This document shows, one piece after another, positions 50,301-64,000 of a stretch of 64,000 nt of DNA. Origin of the DNA: Trichoplax adhaerens (Eukaryota; Animalia; Placozoa); NCBI RefSeq assembly GCF_000150275.1, contig NW_002060959.1, positions 1,237,283 through 1,301,282 of the forward strand, given 5' to 3'. Every line of letters begins with the position of its first letter. Within the stretch, counting starts at the first letter, position 1. Both the position numbers and the translations under genes were made by a program. The notes under the pieces were generated by a model. The model had not been told where the DNA came from. It saw nothing but the letters and a program-made list of their open reading frames with translations, and searched no databases.

Positions 50301-51910
50301 TTTACAATTCATAATGTTTAATACTTAAGATCAGACAAAGAGCTGTTATATCAACTATTTGATCAACTAAACATTAACTTAATACCGAATAGAGTTCGAG
50401 AATACGAATTTGGAATAAGATTTTTCTTGTTCTATCAGCTAAAGATTAATGTGTCATCGTTGCTTTTAAATATCAAAGAATTCTAAATATTATATAGTGT
50501 ACGGAGCTATGTAGATGAGCTTGTGTGAATAGTTTTTTATTATAAACAGTAATAATGTAAGAGCATTAGATGCATACAACGACTTCTTTCTCTTTTTTTA
50601 AAGCGCGTCCTTGACATGATACCGATGCTCGGATTGCCTCTTACCGGTAATCATAATTATGATAACTTACAGTAGGATAACTCCTTCATCATTTAGTCAG
50701 GACATTTCTAGTGGTTAATATTGGTCAGGCGTTGATGCAGAAATTGTAAATGTTGAATTTAACACGAATAAACTAGCCTTGCCGTACATGTAGAGAGAAA
50801 TGTAAATTCCGTCATTGTCATGGTTATGTTCGCGCGAGCAAAAATTGACGTTGTGAACTGATTGGAAAGAAAGATGTCAATACTGATCACTAGTAGCTTT
50901 TATGACGTTAACTCATCAGATTTGCAGTTAGTAGTTACCAGTTATCGGCAATCATAAGTAATTAAAATTGTTTGAGAAGTCTAAGCACCATCGTGTGCGC
51001 TGTTTGATTTAGTTACGTTCAGTAGTGAGACCCATCGTGACCTAAATCGTCTCAGTTAGACCGCAAGGTCAAATAATATTCAACGTCGTTTTGGATCATT
51101 ACTTGATCTCAAATATAGAGTAACCCAGGCCTAGCAGACATCGGTCAGGTATTGATTATTTGCGTAGAAGTAGTCTAATTAGTATATTAGTCGGAGTACC
51201 TCGAGAATTTCCCGCATCTGCGGATGAAATAGTTCTTATACAATACGTTAAAAATACTGAATGGTAACAGGATATCACTCGAATAAATTTTTAGTCCTAA
51301 TATTTTCGCTAGTTACTATTAGGGAAAGCGAGAAAATTGTGAATGTTAGAAAGGACACCATTACTAATCCTATTCTTGAGATACAGGAATGAAGAAACTT
51401 CTTAATAGCTTAATACCAACCATAACTACTTTTATTGGTCTACCAGCAATTACTTTTTATCGAACAGAAATTGGAGACTAAGTATACGCCAAAATAGTAC
51501 TTACATTACAAAACTCGTACTTTTTATTGTAAGTTAGCTGGCTGATGTATCTCCTCGATCGATAGATACAGATCTACTACTCCATAAATGTATTTCAACA
51601 TGAAAAAGCGTTAAATCTATCCAATTCAAATGTTAAAATTACTAACAAAACTTATTCGTTTGCACAATCCTGCTTAGACTACGAGCACTTTTAAGCTAAA
51701 GTGTCTTGGCTAGTGTTTTAACAAATACGTTAAGACCTACTTCAATCATTTGATGATGTACAAGAATTTAAATACCTTGAAATAAAGAAGATCTAAGGTA
51801 AAAAAAAATCGTAAAGAAAAGACATTGAACAGAAACTACTCAACTAAAACTTCTCCCTGAAAAGGCGTAATTAAAAAATTTCCACTAAAAATACATGTAT
51901 TGTCAGTATC

Positions 51911-51924
51911 GGGGGGGGGGGGGG
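51911..51924. repeat. Poly-G run (G14)
   Basis: Direct reading of the sequence. Confidence 0.95.
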
Positions 51925-52907
51925 ATTACGTTAGCTATGGCTTTGAGGGAGAATTTTTACTTGAGTAGTCCCTGTAGTGAACTAGAGGGGATAGATTAAG
52001 AACCGAAACTATGATCTATTGACTAAAATAGTAAAACCTAGAAACGCAATCGTGCTTGGATTCTCTTTATCATTAGCAAAGGAAACGAAATAATGGAGCA
52101 CAAATGATTAAAACATTAGCGAATTATACTAGTTTAGATAACTCGCCTTGACTGAAGTCATGAACGAGGCTATTGAACCGTCAGCCCTAGACTTCAAAAT
52201 ATTTATGTTGGCTAGCTACTTTTTTAGCTTATGTTTTTATGATCGAAGTACGCTTTTGGAGATTTTTCAATTCAAACCGGCTAAGATTAACTCGGTTACT
52301 CTGCTCAACTTGCTGAATAATATAATAAATAAACTCAATTTACGATTATGCATAGTAAACAGTACAGGTATGTGTAAATAGATACGCGCGTTGATTGCTT
52401 TATAAAAACTGCAAAGGAAGCTCACCAAACTTACATTATCGTTTATGATATTTCATTAAAGGCAAGGTTTCTTGTCCACAATTTCAATGTATTATCTATC
52501 TGGTTGTTAGCTACTGCTATGCATGAGACTTATTACGCGTATGACTTTAATGTTAGAGTTAGCAAGATCTAAAACTGGGAGAAGATCATTCACCTGATTG
52601 GCGAACTGTTACAATAAAAAAAGATTTTAAGTTTAACTTTTAATACTGCTTTGACATGTTTAACCCTATCTAGCATGATTGACGTAGTAGCATTTGCAAT
52701 AATAATATTAATAGCAACCAAAATGCAGCCTTTTCTGCTTACTGCATCATACAGTAATGACGCATCGTCGCGTGTGTTTTGTATACCATAGGAGAGCCTT
52801 GTGGATATGTCTAGAAGCTCATACTGTCGTACAATAGGCTACTACTGTAGAGTAGAATAACCTTTCTTCACTTAGGATACCTTATAGTATACTGTACACT
52901 ATACACC

Positions 52908-53493
52908 ACAGAGGGTTTGAGCGATTGTGGACATATTTTTGAACATTATTTGCATTGATTGACTAGGCCTACCCGTGGTCTACTTTAGTCACCACTGACC
53001 ATATTGGCGTAGTTAGGTCATGTAGGCATACTATTTCTGATGCTGTTGAGGATGAACGCGTAACTTTGATCATTTGGAAGTAGCCTAGAGCACAGAACGA
53101 ACAATATAGTGCAACTTTGATCATCAAAAAGCAGCTTAATGTAGTACAGTATAGCTTAGCTTGTAGAGGGCTTGAGGAAGCGCGGACTTATTTTGTACAT
53201 TATTTGCATTGGTCTGCTCGGTCTACCATAGTGACCACTTACCACATTGGCGTATTTAGGTTATGGAGGGCATACTATTTCCGATACAGTACAGGATGAA
53301 CGATATAGTGCAACTTTAATCCTTTGAAAGCAGGCTAATCTAGTGCAGTATAGCTTTCAGTGGGCTTGAGCAAAGGGTGGACTTATTTTTAACATGATTT
53401 GCATTGGTCAGCTAGGTCAAGTAGGCATACTATTTAAGATACCACAGGATGAACGACATAGCGTAACTTTGATCTTTTGCAAGCAGCTTAATC
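52908..53493. repeat. Three-copy degenerate tandem repeat, each copy containing ATTTGCAT, upstream of PAAF1
   Basis: Units start agaggg(t/c)ttga at ~52910, ~53165 and ~53359 and share ggac(a/t)tatttt..acat.atttgcattg, ggcatactattt, aggatgaacg and aacttt(g/a)atc. Confidence 0.85.
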
Positions 53494-54158
53494 AATTAAG
53501 TATGTTGGCAATCTTTCTATATGTATTCTGCCTTCATCAATTAATTCTTCGCTCCATTTTCCATCTCATACTGCATTAGCTGCAGCGGACATCATCCTCT
53601 CCATTCAATAAGTCGGTCCAACGAGTTACCTACCCGTACCTATCACCATGGATACCCAACCATTTCCTGGACTGTAGTATAGTCGAAGGGTACCGTAACA
53701 GTCCACCAGCTGTCAGTCTGTAAGCAGAACCTACCAGCTGCGCACAATCACTAGCTCTACATGGTCTATCAACATTAGAACTAATATGACAACTAGGCAG
53801 ACACCGTAGTCAGGTTAGCTAGCAATCGCGTTGATTTTTGCTAGAGCTAGTGGATGCTCGATGCCAAGCAGATCATTAAATTGTGCAATTTTACTCATCA
53901 ATTGTACGTCTATTACTACCGATATTGACTGCTACAAAAAGTGACGACACAAAGTTGATTTTACTGTAGTATGATAGTCCTCTTCTGCTGCTGGCGCTTC
54001 TAGAAAAAGAGAGCGACTGTTGCAGATTGATCGACAAGGTGATCGTGAAATAGAGGACAGCTAACATCCTAACAATATTGCCAGTGACTACCAAAACAAA
54101 AAACGGATCAACTAGGGCGAGGAGGATATCAATACGAACAGCAAGCAAGAAAAAAGGA

Positions 54159-57100
54159 ATGACGACTACAGTGAAGAAGTATCCCAGTCTGTACCTGCAG
54201 AGCGATTGGAATTTAGCTTTGAGGTTTGAGCAATAAAGTAGATTCAATTCTACTGTAACTAAGTATGCAAATATAAGAAAGGAGATTTGCAGCGATCAGT
54301 ATACAGTAGAAAAGTCAAGGACTGTATAATGTAGTACGGAATAGAAATCATAATTGTACTATGCATGTAGACAGTTTAGACAGAGGCTATAAGTAAGAAA
54401 AATCTGCACCATTTTTCTATCTAATTTGTAATTCACGCTTGCTCAATATCAATTGGCCTCATTTGTTAAGAAGATATAGTATACTTACAGCGAGCCAGGC
54501 TTAATATCTATGATGGCATGCAGAGTAGTCCTCATTTGCATCGAAAATTCTCCTGACAAATTATAATTAAACGGAATTTTACCAGTATTGGTATAGCTGC
54601 ATTAATTGAACGACTTGGATACCTACTTAGCAGTCATTTAAACAATGGACTTTTTGATGCATTTCTTTAGAGAGGCCAATGGAAGTGCTTGGGTATCTTG
54701 CAAGCTAGGTATGTCATCGCTGTATCGTGACATAGACACACATTCTATAGCATGCATAGAATGCATGTTGTGCCTATCCTACATGGAGAGTCAGTAAAAA
54801 TATCCAGTTTATGAATATACGTCTTGAATGTCGCCTTCAGTTAACGAGACGCAATATCGCTTGTACGTCTGGAGTAAACTTAAAATAATTACAGTGTGTA
54901 ATTGAACCTATATGGTGTATATGGATGCTATCCATACACATTTTCATTGCATTTTACTTCTCTAAAAGACTATGCTACTGTAGAATAATAAAACTGGACG
55001 AACGAACAATTCATCGTGCAAGCCGCGTGATATCAACGAGCTCTATATTATTTTCTATTCACTCTTTCAGGTGATACATCCATTCGTGGTAGTATTAAAT
55101 GCTTCGAAGATGGGACACACGAAGTATCAGAAGAATTTTGCGTTACTAATATCGAGCAGGTAAGAAGCTCTTATCAATATTAGGTGCAATTTCTGTAAAT
55201 TGTAAATACTTGAGCGTAAACAAGTACGTTTTCATTTACTGAAATATAATGTTACAATTTGAAAAGTTCACTATTGCTTATGCTAGAGGGAAGATTTGTT
55301 GTACTTGTATTAGGCTTGCAGGCAGTATTTATTATACCATGCTGATTTTATTGTCGTGTCGAATGTTAAATTGACTTTATTTGATCACGGCTATAATGGT
55401 TATTATTGGATGTAGCTTTAATTTACAAGATACATTATAATACTCTAGCTGTGAATTTTCTTGTAATTTTTGGATTTGTGGAGATTATAGACCCGTACAT
55501 TGGAATGGGTAATTTACTAGTAATTATAATTTGTGCACCATTTGAATTACTTTAGCTTTAAAGTAAGAAATAGAGTATATACGACTGATATAATGATCTT
55601 GCGGATAAAGTGTGCTCACTTATACTTGCAACATAAATCATATTATTTATTTTTATAATTTGTGTAGAATCCAATTACAATTACTTGCCCAAGGAATCGA
55701 TGTAAAGCTGATTTTTTGGCTCCAAAACAGGAATATCCTCGGCATCATCGTGGAAGTGTAAGCTTAATTCAGTTAGAATGATATGATTTCATTCTATCTC
55801 GGAGGCATGTCAGTAATGTAAATGTACATAGTTGAGTACTGTGCCTCTCTTGTGTTATAGTAATACTTATGAGCAGTTGTAAATGTACAGTTCAGTTGAG
55901 CACTGTTCAAAGTAATCTATAGGTACATTACTAAAACGAACATAGCAAACTTATACTTTGCAAACCGTTACTGCATTGATAATAAAGTTAATATATTGTT
56001 TAATGGGGTTTCTAGGTACGAACTATTGATGTCAGCCCTGGAGGTAACTTAGCAGTATCAGCTGGAAGCGATAGTACTATTAGACTATGGACCACTGATA
56101 ATGGCGCAATTAGGGTACAGTTATGTTGCTATTAATTTCTTGATGAGATAAAAAATTTGAAGCTACAACTATTTAGCTACCCATTTTGTATACAGCGGTG
56201 ATTCATATGACAAGACATTTGTAATATTGTTTTCTCTTTATCGAAACTAGCGTGAATTATGTGGACATCACAATGATGTCACATCATGTAAGTTTTTCCC
56301 TTCGGGAGTTGTACTGTTATCTGCATCTTCAGATATGCAAATTAAAATTTGGTCAACGGAAGATGGTTCAAATCCTGCAACATTTAGAGGGCATACATCG
56401 AGTATGTTAGACTGCAAACTTATAGCATTTGTTCAATAGACAGGGCTTTACAAAGTTTTTTACGTTACTGCTTGATTAATTTGTTATTCATAAAATAGCT
56501 GTTACAGACACTGCGATTATCGGGCGTGGTAGAAATATTATATGTAAGTTTCTTTAATTACAGTTATTAATGCTCATCATTATATTAAATATCATAAATT
56601 ATACTATAAGTAACTAATTAATAATAATTAACTATAGCATGCGGAACTGATGCAGCCGTGAAACTTTGGGACTGTGGACGAAGTAATTGCCTTGATACTC
56701 TTCTTAAAGCTGATTGTCCCATTAATGCGTGCGCATTAGATAATGATCAAGCGGCAGTTGGTTTAGCCCATCGCGGAACAGCAACAAGTAACTAAATTAT
56801 GATGAATTACAGCTTATAACTAGGATATAATAGCATATTGTTGAATATGATAATAGTCAGTAAGTCATAAAGTTTTATTTGTCGTAATTAATGATATTTT
56901 AATAGGCGAGCGTGAAATTGATACGCAGGGCAAAATAATAGCGCTGGCAATGGAAAACAATTATATGGAATGCCTAGATGTATACAGTAGGAGCCAAGTA
57001 CGATTGTAATAATAATTAAAAATTTACTTAAAATTTTCTAAGTTGATTGCTGTACTGTACAATGTATATCTGCCCTTAAGAGTTATGATATTTCTACTTC

Positions 57101-57763
57101 GTAAATAGATTTGTAAATTGAATGCATCATCTGCCTTCAATTGTTGCATCATTAATTCGGGCTTAACAGTCATCGGAGGTTGCCAGGATGGCAGCTTATA
57201 CTTATTTGATTTACGAAACCCAACGTGAGTCTAGTATTAGTTAGATTGATGTTGCTTATTCGTATATCATTAATAACACTTGACATTTGGCTTACTACCA
57301 GCTGTATTTCTTCGTGATAATTAAAATAGTGCTCCTTTGCAAGTTTTTTGTCGTTCCGTTTACTCAATTACGACGTTAAAATCAATATCGAAGGAGGATA
57401 TCTTTGTAGGGACAGGTTAATAGCTTAATAGATAAATTAAGAATTAGTAAACGGATGTTATTGTTTTTTGCGACATTCCGTATAAAGGTCAAGCAGATTA
57501 CTTTACTTTGATTGTACCAATTTAATGTATAGTTGATATGAATAACTATTAACCCTAGAATTCCATCTATTTTTTTTATTCAAGGTGACGGATGTTGTTA
57601 CAAATGGAATATAGCCAAAGCATACACGGAAGAAGAGCTGATTTCAACTATAGAATTGTCGGGATCTGATTGCGATCCTATTTATGACATAGCTATCCAT
57701 GAAAATAAGGTTTATAATTGTTGTAGAGATGGTCGAATTAGACAATATGCAATTCCCCTATAA
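54159..57763 (+). CDS. PAAF1: Proteasomal ATPase-associated factor 1 (WD40 protein; WDR71/Rpn14-like), 12 coding exons
   Basis: MTTTVKKYPSLYLQSDWNLALR|EANGSAWVSC...FLAP...|IDVSPGGNLAVSAGSDSTIRLW|GHHNDVTSCKFFPSGVVLLSASSDMQIKIWS..DGSNPATFRGH|VTDTAIIGRGRNII|GTDAAVKLWDCGRSNCL|EREIDTQGK|AFNCC..GCQDG|GDG..ELSGSDCDPIYDI...CCRDGRIRQY. TAA ends at 57763. Confidence 0.93.
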
Positions 57764-60700
57764 TTGTCACATGTTAGTCGATAGCGACAAATTTCAAATA
57801 AACTAAGGAGATTCTTCGCTGTATAATTACCAGTCAGAGACCATCAATGCAGTAAAGTTCATATTGTTTTACCATTAACGTTGCCATAATTTTGTCGTAT
57901 TTCAGAGATCTCTACTAGATTCATGTATGAGCATTGGATATTATCAGTATTAGTTTTGATATGCTTCGTCAATCATCTTCAATTAAATTTATTTTCATTA
58001 TACCGAGCTATGAGAATACTGTTTTCCATTAATTGTTTAAATCTATGTATAGTAACCCGTATACCGCTTGTTTCGTTTTGGCTGTTTACAGCGCTGCCTT
58101 TATTTTATTTCGATCACGTAATACGGTATTTGGATATTGCAATTAAAGCCTTCTTACTGTTTTATCTTAGTTCTTAAATTTTACGTTTTGTTTAGATAAT
58201 GTCACTTTATTTATTAGCTATGGTAACTGTTTCTAATCGGCAAATACTTTACTTTCAATATTGTAATATAAGCGATGTTATAAGGGGAGGTAGATTACAT
58301 ATCGGGAGTGAAGGTATTATTCGTTTCTTATAGTTTTTACCCGTACCACGCGAAATATCAGCATTAAATCGTGTTTGATTCTCTCGATACAAAATTATAC
58401 TTTTAAATATCATATTTGTTGCTAAGCGTGTCTATAGTTGCTAAATAACACAAAACAATGTAATTGGCATGTTATCTCCTTAGATATCTTTCCTTTAGAC
58501 TTGGATAATTGGGTTGTAATAATGAAATTAGGATTGTGTATTTTTAGGATTGAATCAACATTTAAGTCCTTTAAGTAATAAATTAAATTATGATTATTAT
58601 TTGTGAGCTTTTGCGTGATGTTAAGATTTATAAATGACAATGTCAATTCTCTATAAGAGTTCGTATAAGTATCTACATCCATGAGATCATTAAAAGGAAG
58701 TTATTAATGTTAAATTTAGTGCAGTACTTACGAAGTGGGAAATAACTTCTGATTGTCGTTTTGCTGGAATATTGCTTTTTTTCTTGCTTTAAAAGCTCAC
58801 ACTTAAGCCTTTACCATGTTCGGAAACTTTAAAATTCTGAACCGTATAAATTACCTCTAAATTCGTACAAAACTCCTGATTATTGTAAAGTATCACGAGT
58901 CAACATAATTACAATTTATCAATTTAATTATAGACATGCTGTAAAGATTTCAGCTAATTACAGCAGTTATGTGCTAGGGAATACAGTGATAGTAGCGTAA
59001 TGTAGAACTGTACGTCTTAATAACGTAAGTATTGATTATGCTAATACCGGAAAGTATGAGAGCGCATTTGTAATGAGTGATACTGCATACCAATGTTTTA
59101 ATAATAGTACAGTTGGATGTGTTTTAATCTTTTTCGCCATAATTGTTTTACTAGTAGGTATTTTAGTTGATAATTTTCCCTTAATGATTAAGTAAATGAG
59201 AAAATTTATACAGATAACTGCCGCTATTCAAAAATAAATGGAATTGTTTGAAAAGAGAGAAATATCATTTGCTACAAATATTAGATCGATGGGAAAATTT
59301 TGTTATGTATAATGATATCAATTAAATTCGAACAAAAGCCAACTATAATAATATGTTTTATGCTTAGTGAGTATCAGCTGCTTCTACGTAACTTTTGAAA
59401 TATGCTGTTATTAGCTTATTTACTATCGTGATTTCATGAAAAGATTAAAAGCGACGATTTTAAGTGTTGATCGACAACGGTAGTTAAAATAATAAAGTTT
59501 ATACATTATACGTATCCATTGTTTGATCATAAACTTAGTAATAAAAATCAAAAACAGCTTTAGGCTGATTCTCAAAAATTTTAAAATATTGAATAACATA
59601 AAGTTTAAGCATTGTTTGTTTTAGTTTACTACTCAAATTCAGACTCGGTATTTCCTACCTCATCATTTACGATATTTACAACTAATGCAAAGATAAAATC
59701 TGATAAGGCAATCTCTAATTAGTCTTAAATTTAACATCTGGAATAAGTTACATTGAGGTAAATATGTAACGTCGTAAATGAATCGAAAAAGGCTGTGTAT
59801 ATGAAAATTATTGATTTTAAAAGTAATTAGTTTAATTAATTAAAAACAATTTATTTCTTGATAAAGTATTATTAAAATGTGCTGTTACTTAAATATATTG
59901 CTAAATAACATTCATTTTACACTAAATTCATTGTTTAACTTCAATCCAGATTTTCAAACAGATAGATAATTAATTTAAAAATGGTAAATGAAATGGTAAA
60001 AGAGCTCACGATAATTGCCATTTTATCATACTTGAACAGATATAAACTTTACAATGGCGGAATCAAGGGACTCATTAAAATTTATATTAAACATTTGTAT
60101 TAAAAATTAATGTTGAAAATTTATTCATAACAATTATAGTAAACTAGTAGTATAAGCCTTGAATGTAGTAGCAATGAGTCTGTTACAGCATCATATTGAT
60201 GTCAATGATTGAATAGATGGAACTTGAGAAGATGATTGAATCTTAGTCCACAACAGTTAAGTTGGATAAAAAATCGAGCTTAAATTAAAATTATGTATAA
60301 GATACAAGTTAGAAATGTTTGCTAATAGAACGGCTAAGTAAGGAATAGCATACTTGAATATACCTAGCTTAATAAAGGTCTACGAGTATAACTGATGGAT
60401 CAGAGCTATTTACCTGTAAGTGATTCCTACAGTCAATAAACAGGAGTAATTTGAGTAACAATCAGTTTAGTAAATAAGTTTTTTTATGGTTTTTGGCTAT
60501 GTGTATATGAAAGACAAAAGGACGTTTCAGTTACTGGGTTATCCATGAGAGACAGGTGTGGAAGTAATTTAACTTAAAGACCTTTTACTTTTCGATACCT
60601 TGTCACAGAGTTAATTTGTGAGGACATTCTACTAGATAATTATAAGAATGGTTGAGTTGCGTATATACAGTGTTCATATGGTAGGTTTAGCGCTGTGAAA

Positions 60701-63700
60701 GTAAGTGATGCATATTATATACGAGTATAGTGTTAATGTGCTATATGAGATCTATGTACTAGTAACGAAAAGTGCAGCATAAATGTTTCAGTTCATTTTA
60801 GATGATTGTGGTAGGTTCAATAATTTATTTAAATTAAGCCATAGATGGGTGTTACGATTCATCATTACCGTGAATAAAAAATATTCATTCATACTTTTAT
60901 CTAAAGTAGAGTTGTGATATGTTAAATCGTTAATGGATTTCTAATAGCGACTCTGACAATTTAAATCATTTAAGAAGAGCAGAATATGTAATGGAGATTT
61001 TCGCTCTTGTTGCTGTAAGTTGTTAAGTAACAATTCTAGTTGATTTGTTAATTGGAGTAAAAGTGGTAAGCACTCAATAGTAATTAACACATATTTATTC
61101 TATACTAATTATCATAAATATATTTTATACAAAATCAAGTATATTGTAAATAGAATTTTGTACTAATTTATACCGACGGAAATTGGCACAGGTATATAAG
61201 AACGTGCCTTTAATCACAGAATGAGTTCCCATATTACATTACCTAGTAGTATATTCTATACTTCGAATAAAGATAATTTATGAAGTTGTCTGGATATACT
61301 CACTGGTGAATAAGGTCTTATACTGAGCTAGTCAAGTTAATGGCGCTTATTAGCAACGGTATATTACGGTAGAGCGGTTACACTAAAAATAAAATTTGTT
61401 ACTTGTGCCACAAACGACGTTGTGATAGTGGGTGATAACTATAAAATTGTAATATCGTAGTTGCAAATTGATACAGGGAGCCATGCTTGGTGCTATAATT
61501 TTAGTAGATTACTGTAATTTTGACTATTCCACAGCTTATCAGGCCTAAATATTGATTGATCAATTTACAGTTAGAGCAGTTTTAAATACGCAACAAATTC
61601 AATATATTATCGTTCATTCGGTTTAGATGCCCTACTAATATGGAACTGAAAATATATTATTATTTAGATTTCGTTAGCGAAATCAGCTCTTTTGCAAGTT
61701 AAACGATGCTATATTACCTGTTTGGAATTTAAGGTAATTAAAAAGCTTAAATTTTTAAAGTGGTTTTGATGCAACTTTAATTCAATTACGCTTATTGTAA
61801 AATGAAGAGATTTAAAAAAATCGTCACAGCATGTTAGACAGCAATTAGAATTGAATTAATTTAAATGCACGAGTTTAACTATATATTTATGTGCTTTCCG
61901 TAGATGGAGAAATATGATTAAATAGTAAGATGTAGTATGAGTACTTTTTAAATCATGAGAATATAGCTTCTATGCTATCGTATATATTAATAATTCCAAA
62001 ACAACACGATAAAGTCTTAGATTTACGTAAGATAAGATAGTATAATAGGAAATATAATATGCATGTGACTAATGAAACGTCGAATGTAAATTGCTTTTGT
62101 TTGTCTTAATTGAGTTATAACTAGATTAAATAGCTTCAGGTAAAGTAGTACAACGAAATGAAACTTACATTTCCATAAATTATCGTTAATTAGCCAATCA
62201 GTAGATATATCATATCTAGGTTACAATAGTAATTTTTAAACAACGTCTTAAATCATTAAACTGAAGTTAAGAATCACAAAGATATATATAAACGCCTATC
62301 TTATCCACAACAAAACAAAGATAGTATAACTTTAGCAATAAGTTGTGACCATTTGATCTAACGTAGATTTATCTAACTTACTAATTACTGATAACTAGCA
62401 GTGGCTAATCCTAATTCCGACGTCATTCTAATCAAGTTTCATAGAAAAGATTAGATTATGGCCAACCATTAATATCGATGGTCTTCGTAATTTAATTTTG
62501 ACGCTTTCAAATAGATATTAAGTAACAAAGTTCATTTGAAATGGATAAATTGCAGGTAGGTTGAAGATCGCTGCTAAATATTACAATACGATGCAGGTGG
62601 CTAAAGATATAATGTACGTAATTTTAGTCGAATTATACACTGGTTTAACATCCAATAGATTTTGGAAAAGTAGATAACGAATGATAACAAAGAGTATCTA
62701 TCTCGGATGCCTAGAATAGAAATTTGAGATAGTGACAACAAAATAAGAATGGTTTAGTATTGTGAAAATAATGATCTCCTTCTAATCAGAATTAAAATGA
62801 CATATGGTACACCTTGGCTGTAATATTTAAAGGAGAAGACTGGTAATATAACTTAAATCACATCGATTTATAGTTGATAATATATGAACGCTTTTCTTGA
62901 AAAAGTCTCCGTAAGTAAGGCTAATTTTTCTTAGTTAAATATAATAAACGCTTTAATGCTTTAGATTAGGTACATAACAAGCCTGATGATTGAGCTGAAA
63001 ATTTTGCATTATTGTATAGCTATATGTATGAGAGTACAAGTTAGAAAAGAGAGTAGCTCATTTAGCTGTTATGAGAAAGAAATTACATTAAGAGTTCATG
63101 TATTTAGATATTTTCTGTAGACATTAATTGCACTACTTTTGAGAAATCCAACAAATGAAATTATCTTGTGAACAGAAATGTTCAGTTGACTTAAATTACA
63201 CTTCCTTCTGCCAGAATCTCGACTCAGAAGCACAACTCAAATCACTCAATCATTTTTAAAACTTCACGAACGATTTATCTGAAGTGGTGAAAATTTGATT
63301 AACTAAGTTTATAGCAACATGAACAGTTCCAAAAGATATTCTGTATTATATAAGTGAGAAGGCTGCATTAAGGTAATTTACATCGTTTATCGCTTTGATG
63401 CAATTGGATACATCAAATTTGTAGGAGATATATACGTCTTACTATGCGAATAAAAATTACAATCTCGCTTTAGGTAGTCATTTATGTGAACAAATGATGC
63501 TACCAAGCAACTTCATTCTATGGCCTACGGTAAATGTATATACTTTGATGTCCTCACCTTGAATTATTGAAATTGTTTATATCAGTTGATTTACGCACCA
63601 ATTTAGAAACATAACTTGTTTTACTGATATTAATTACGAAGCTGATATGATGAAATTTTTATTCGAATTTAAAGCATTTTATATTAATTTTGATGGTTGC

Positions 63701-64000
63701 TTTGAAATTAATGAGCTGTAGATGCAGTTGTAATTAGACTCTAGAATTTTGGCTTAGGTTAGTGTCAAGAAAATAATCCTCGTGACGTTTACTTTATTTC
63801 TATGTTACGTTCTATATATGTTTATATTTCATAAATGTTTTGCGGTCTCCTTAATTGTAACTTTAGTGGTTAACAGTTGATATTCTTAATTTAGGATTAG
63901 ATAAACTAAAATAGTAATTGCCAACCAGTTAAACTGGATTGTATCTATCATCTCTAAAGTTGTTAAGGTTCAAAGTACAATTCCCAAGTTTAGAAAAAAT

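Noticed and set aside
53891-54247. 118-aa hydrophobic minus-strand ORF overlapping PAAF1 exon 1
   Set aside because: Complement of the purine-rich PAAF1 5' region; no splice or homology support.
62980-63005. CTGATGA...GAAA hammerhead-ribozyme-like core (also CTGATGAG on the minus strand near 50915)
   Set aside because: No valid stem II or flanking stems.
59000-64000. Search for genes, RNA genes or repeats in the last 5 kb
   Set aside because: Uniformly AT-rich, no ORF of 60 aa or more in the track, and no exon chain or repeat structure that I could support.

Overview
AT-rich, intron-dense animal genomic DNA. Short (~60-150 nt) introns, compact gene spacing and abundant ACAGT/ACTGT microsatellite near gene 5' ends point to a placozoan (Trichoplax-like) genome, but this is an inference. 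I reconstructed seven protein-coding genes by manual splicing: GLRX3/PICOT (+, 328-2940), an ARHGAP19-like RhoGAP (-, 4207-8358), SMC3 (-, 13026-20521), a CSPP1-like centrosomal/ciliary protein (+, 23255-28716), TEX261 (-, 30473-33415), an intronless eh1 + 5xC2H2 zinc-finger repressor (+, 43889-45010) and PAAF1 (+, 54159-57763). The most notable non-obvious elements are: a minor-spliceosome AT-AC intron in SMC3; a GC-AG intron in TEX261; a ~0.9 kb self-complementary ACAGT array plus an E2F site in the divergent SMC3/CSPP1 promoter; two promoter-proximal tandem repeats that multiply transcription-factor motifs (YY1/E2F-like upstream of TEX261, octamer upstream of PAAF1); a pre-miRNA-sized hairpin in a CSPP1 intron; a palindromic MITE-like element; and two unannotated signal-peptide-type spliced ORFs. 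I saw no prokaryotic features, CRISPR arrays, tRNA or rRNA. No database searches were run, so gene names rest on remembered family motifs. Internal exon coordinates were read by eye and may be off by a few bases.
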